Shown here piece after piece: positions 48,196-48,563 of a stretch of DNA of 48,563 nt (the first letter of the stretch is position 1; every line of letters begins with the position of its first letter). The translations under genes and the position numbers were made by a program. Origin of the DNA: Gonapodya sp. JEL0774 (Eukaryota); contig JADIIX010000073.1 of NCBI GenBank assembly GCA_027604505.1, positions 62,001 to 110,563 of the forward strand, read 5' to 3'. The notes under the pieces were generated by a model that had not been told where the DNA came from, did not search any database, and saw only the letters and a list, made by a program, of their open reading frames with translations.

Positions 48196-48563
48196 GGGTC
48201 AATTGGTCCATATGGGCCTCACCGGCCCACATGGACCGCCCAGTTCAATCGCCTCCGGCGGACTCTGCCCGTCGCTGGCGCTTGGGCGAGAAGGGTCAAT
48301 TGGTCCATATGGGCCTCACCGGCCCACATGGACCGCCCAGTTCAATCGCCTCCGGCGGACTCTGCCCGTCGCTGGCGCTTGGGCGAGAAGGGTCAATTGG
48401 TCCATATGGGCCTCACCGGCCCACATGGACCGCCCAGTTCAATCGCCTCCGGCGGACTCTGCCCGTCGCTGGCGCTTGGGCGAGAAGGGTCAATTGGTCC
48501 ATATGGGCCTCACCGGCCCACATGGACCGCCCAGTTCAATCGCCTCCGGCGGACTCTGCCCGT
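48196..48563. repeat. 97-bp tandem repeat: 3 identical full units plus a 77-bp partial unit running to the window end, preceded by a degenerate copy at 48136-48195
   Basis: Units start at 48196, 48293, 48390 and 48487 (GGGTCAATTGGTCCATATGGGCC...). Confidence 0.95.

Noticed and set aside
1..48563. Selenoprotein (in-frame UGA plus SECIS), considered because some early-diverging fungi use selenocysteine
   Set aside because: Apparent in-frame TGAs in conserved genes resolve as introns. The TGA near 36283 lacks a CxxU/UxxC context, and I saw no convincing SECIS by eye
48196..48563. CRISPR array or hammerhead ribozyme array
   Set aside because: Units are identical with no unique spacers, the context is eukaryotic with no cas genes, and there is no CUGANGA/GAAA core on either strand

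Overview
Gene-dense, intron-rich eukaryotic DNA; every intron I could trace is GT-AG. It is most consistent with an early-diverging, chytrid-like fungus. That is an inference from the retained Rab18, an amoebozoan-type actin-bundling protein, GT31-PAN architecture, and Srp1- and Ptc2-type genes. About 20 spliced genes were reconstructed by hand: an amino-acid transporter (5' part), PP2C, GDSL lipase, Rab18, an R3HCC1-motif low-complexity protein, an ABP34-like EF-hand protein, a ~20-exon cytochrome P450, an SR splicing factor, three mitochondrial carriers (one unassigned, one NDT1-like, one HEM25/SLC25A38-like partial), Pop5, a hemerythrin-like protein, a half-size ABCG, a GT31 glycosyltransferase, an intronless diaminopropionate ammonia-lyase, a GH114 hydrolase, a divergent THADA/Trm732, a two-domain Kre9/Knh1-like surface protein and a rhomboid protease. 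The window ends in a structured 97-bp tandem repeat. The most interesting leads are: candidate poison-exon (AS-NMD) elements in the SR gene's long intron; the ABP34-like protein in a fungus; the intronless bacterial-type DpaL; the hairpin-bearing 97-bp repeat with a partial HDV-ribozyme-like fold; a P450 catalytic helix built from three micro-exons; and Trm732 and hemerythrin homologs with altered key motifs. No tRNA, rRNA, CRISPR array, intact transposon or convincing selenoprotein was found. Exon boundaries are manual and unverified by RNA data.
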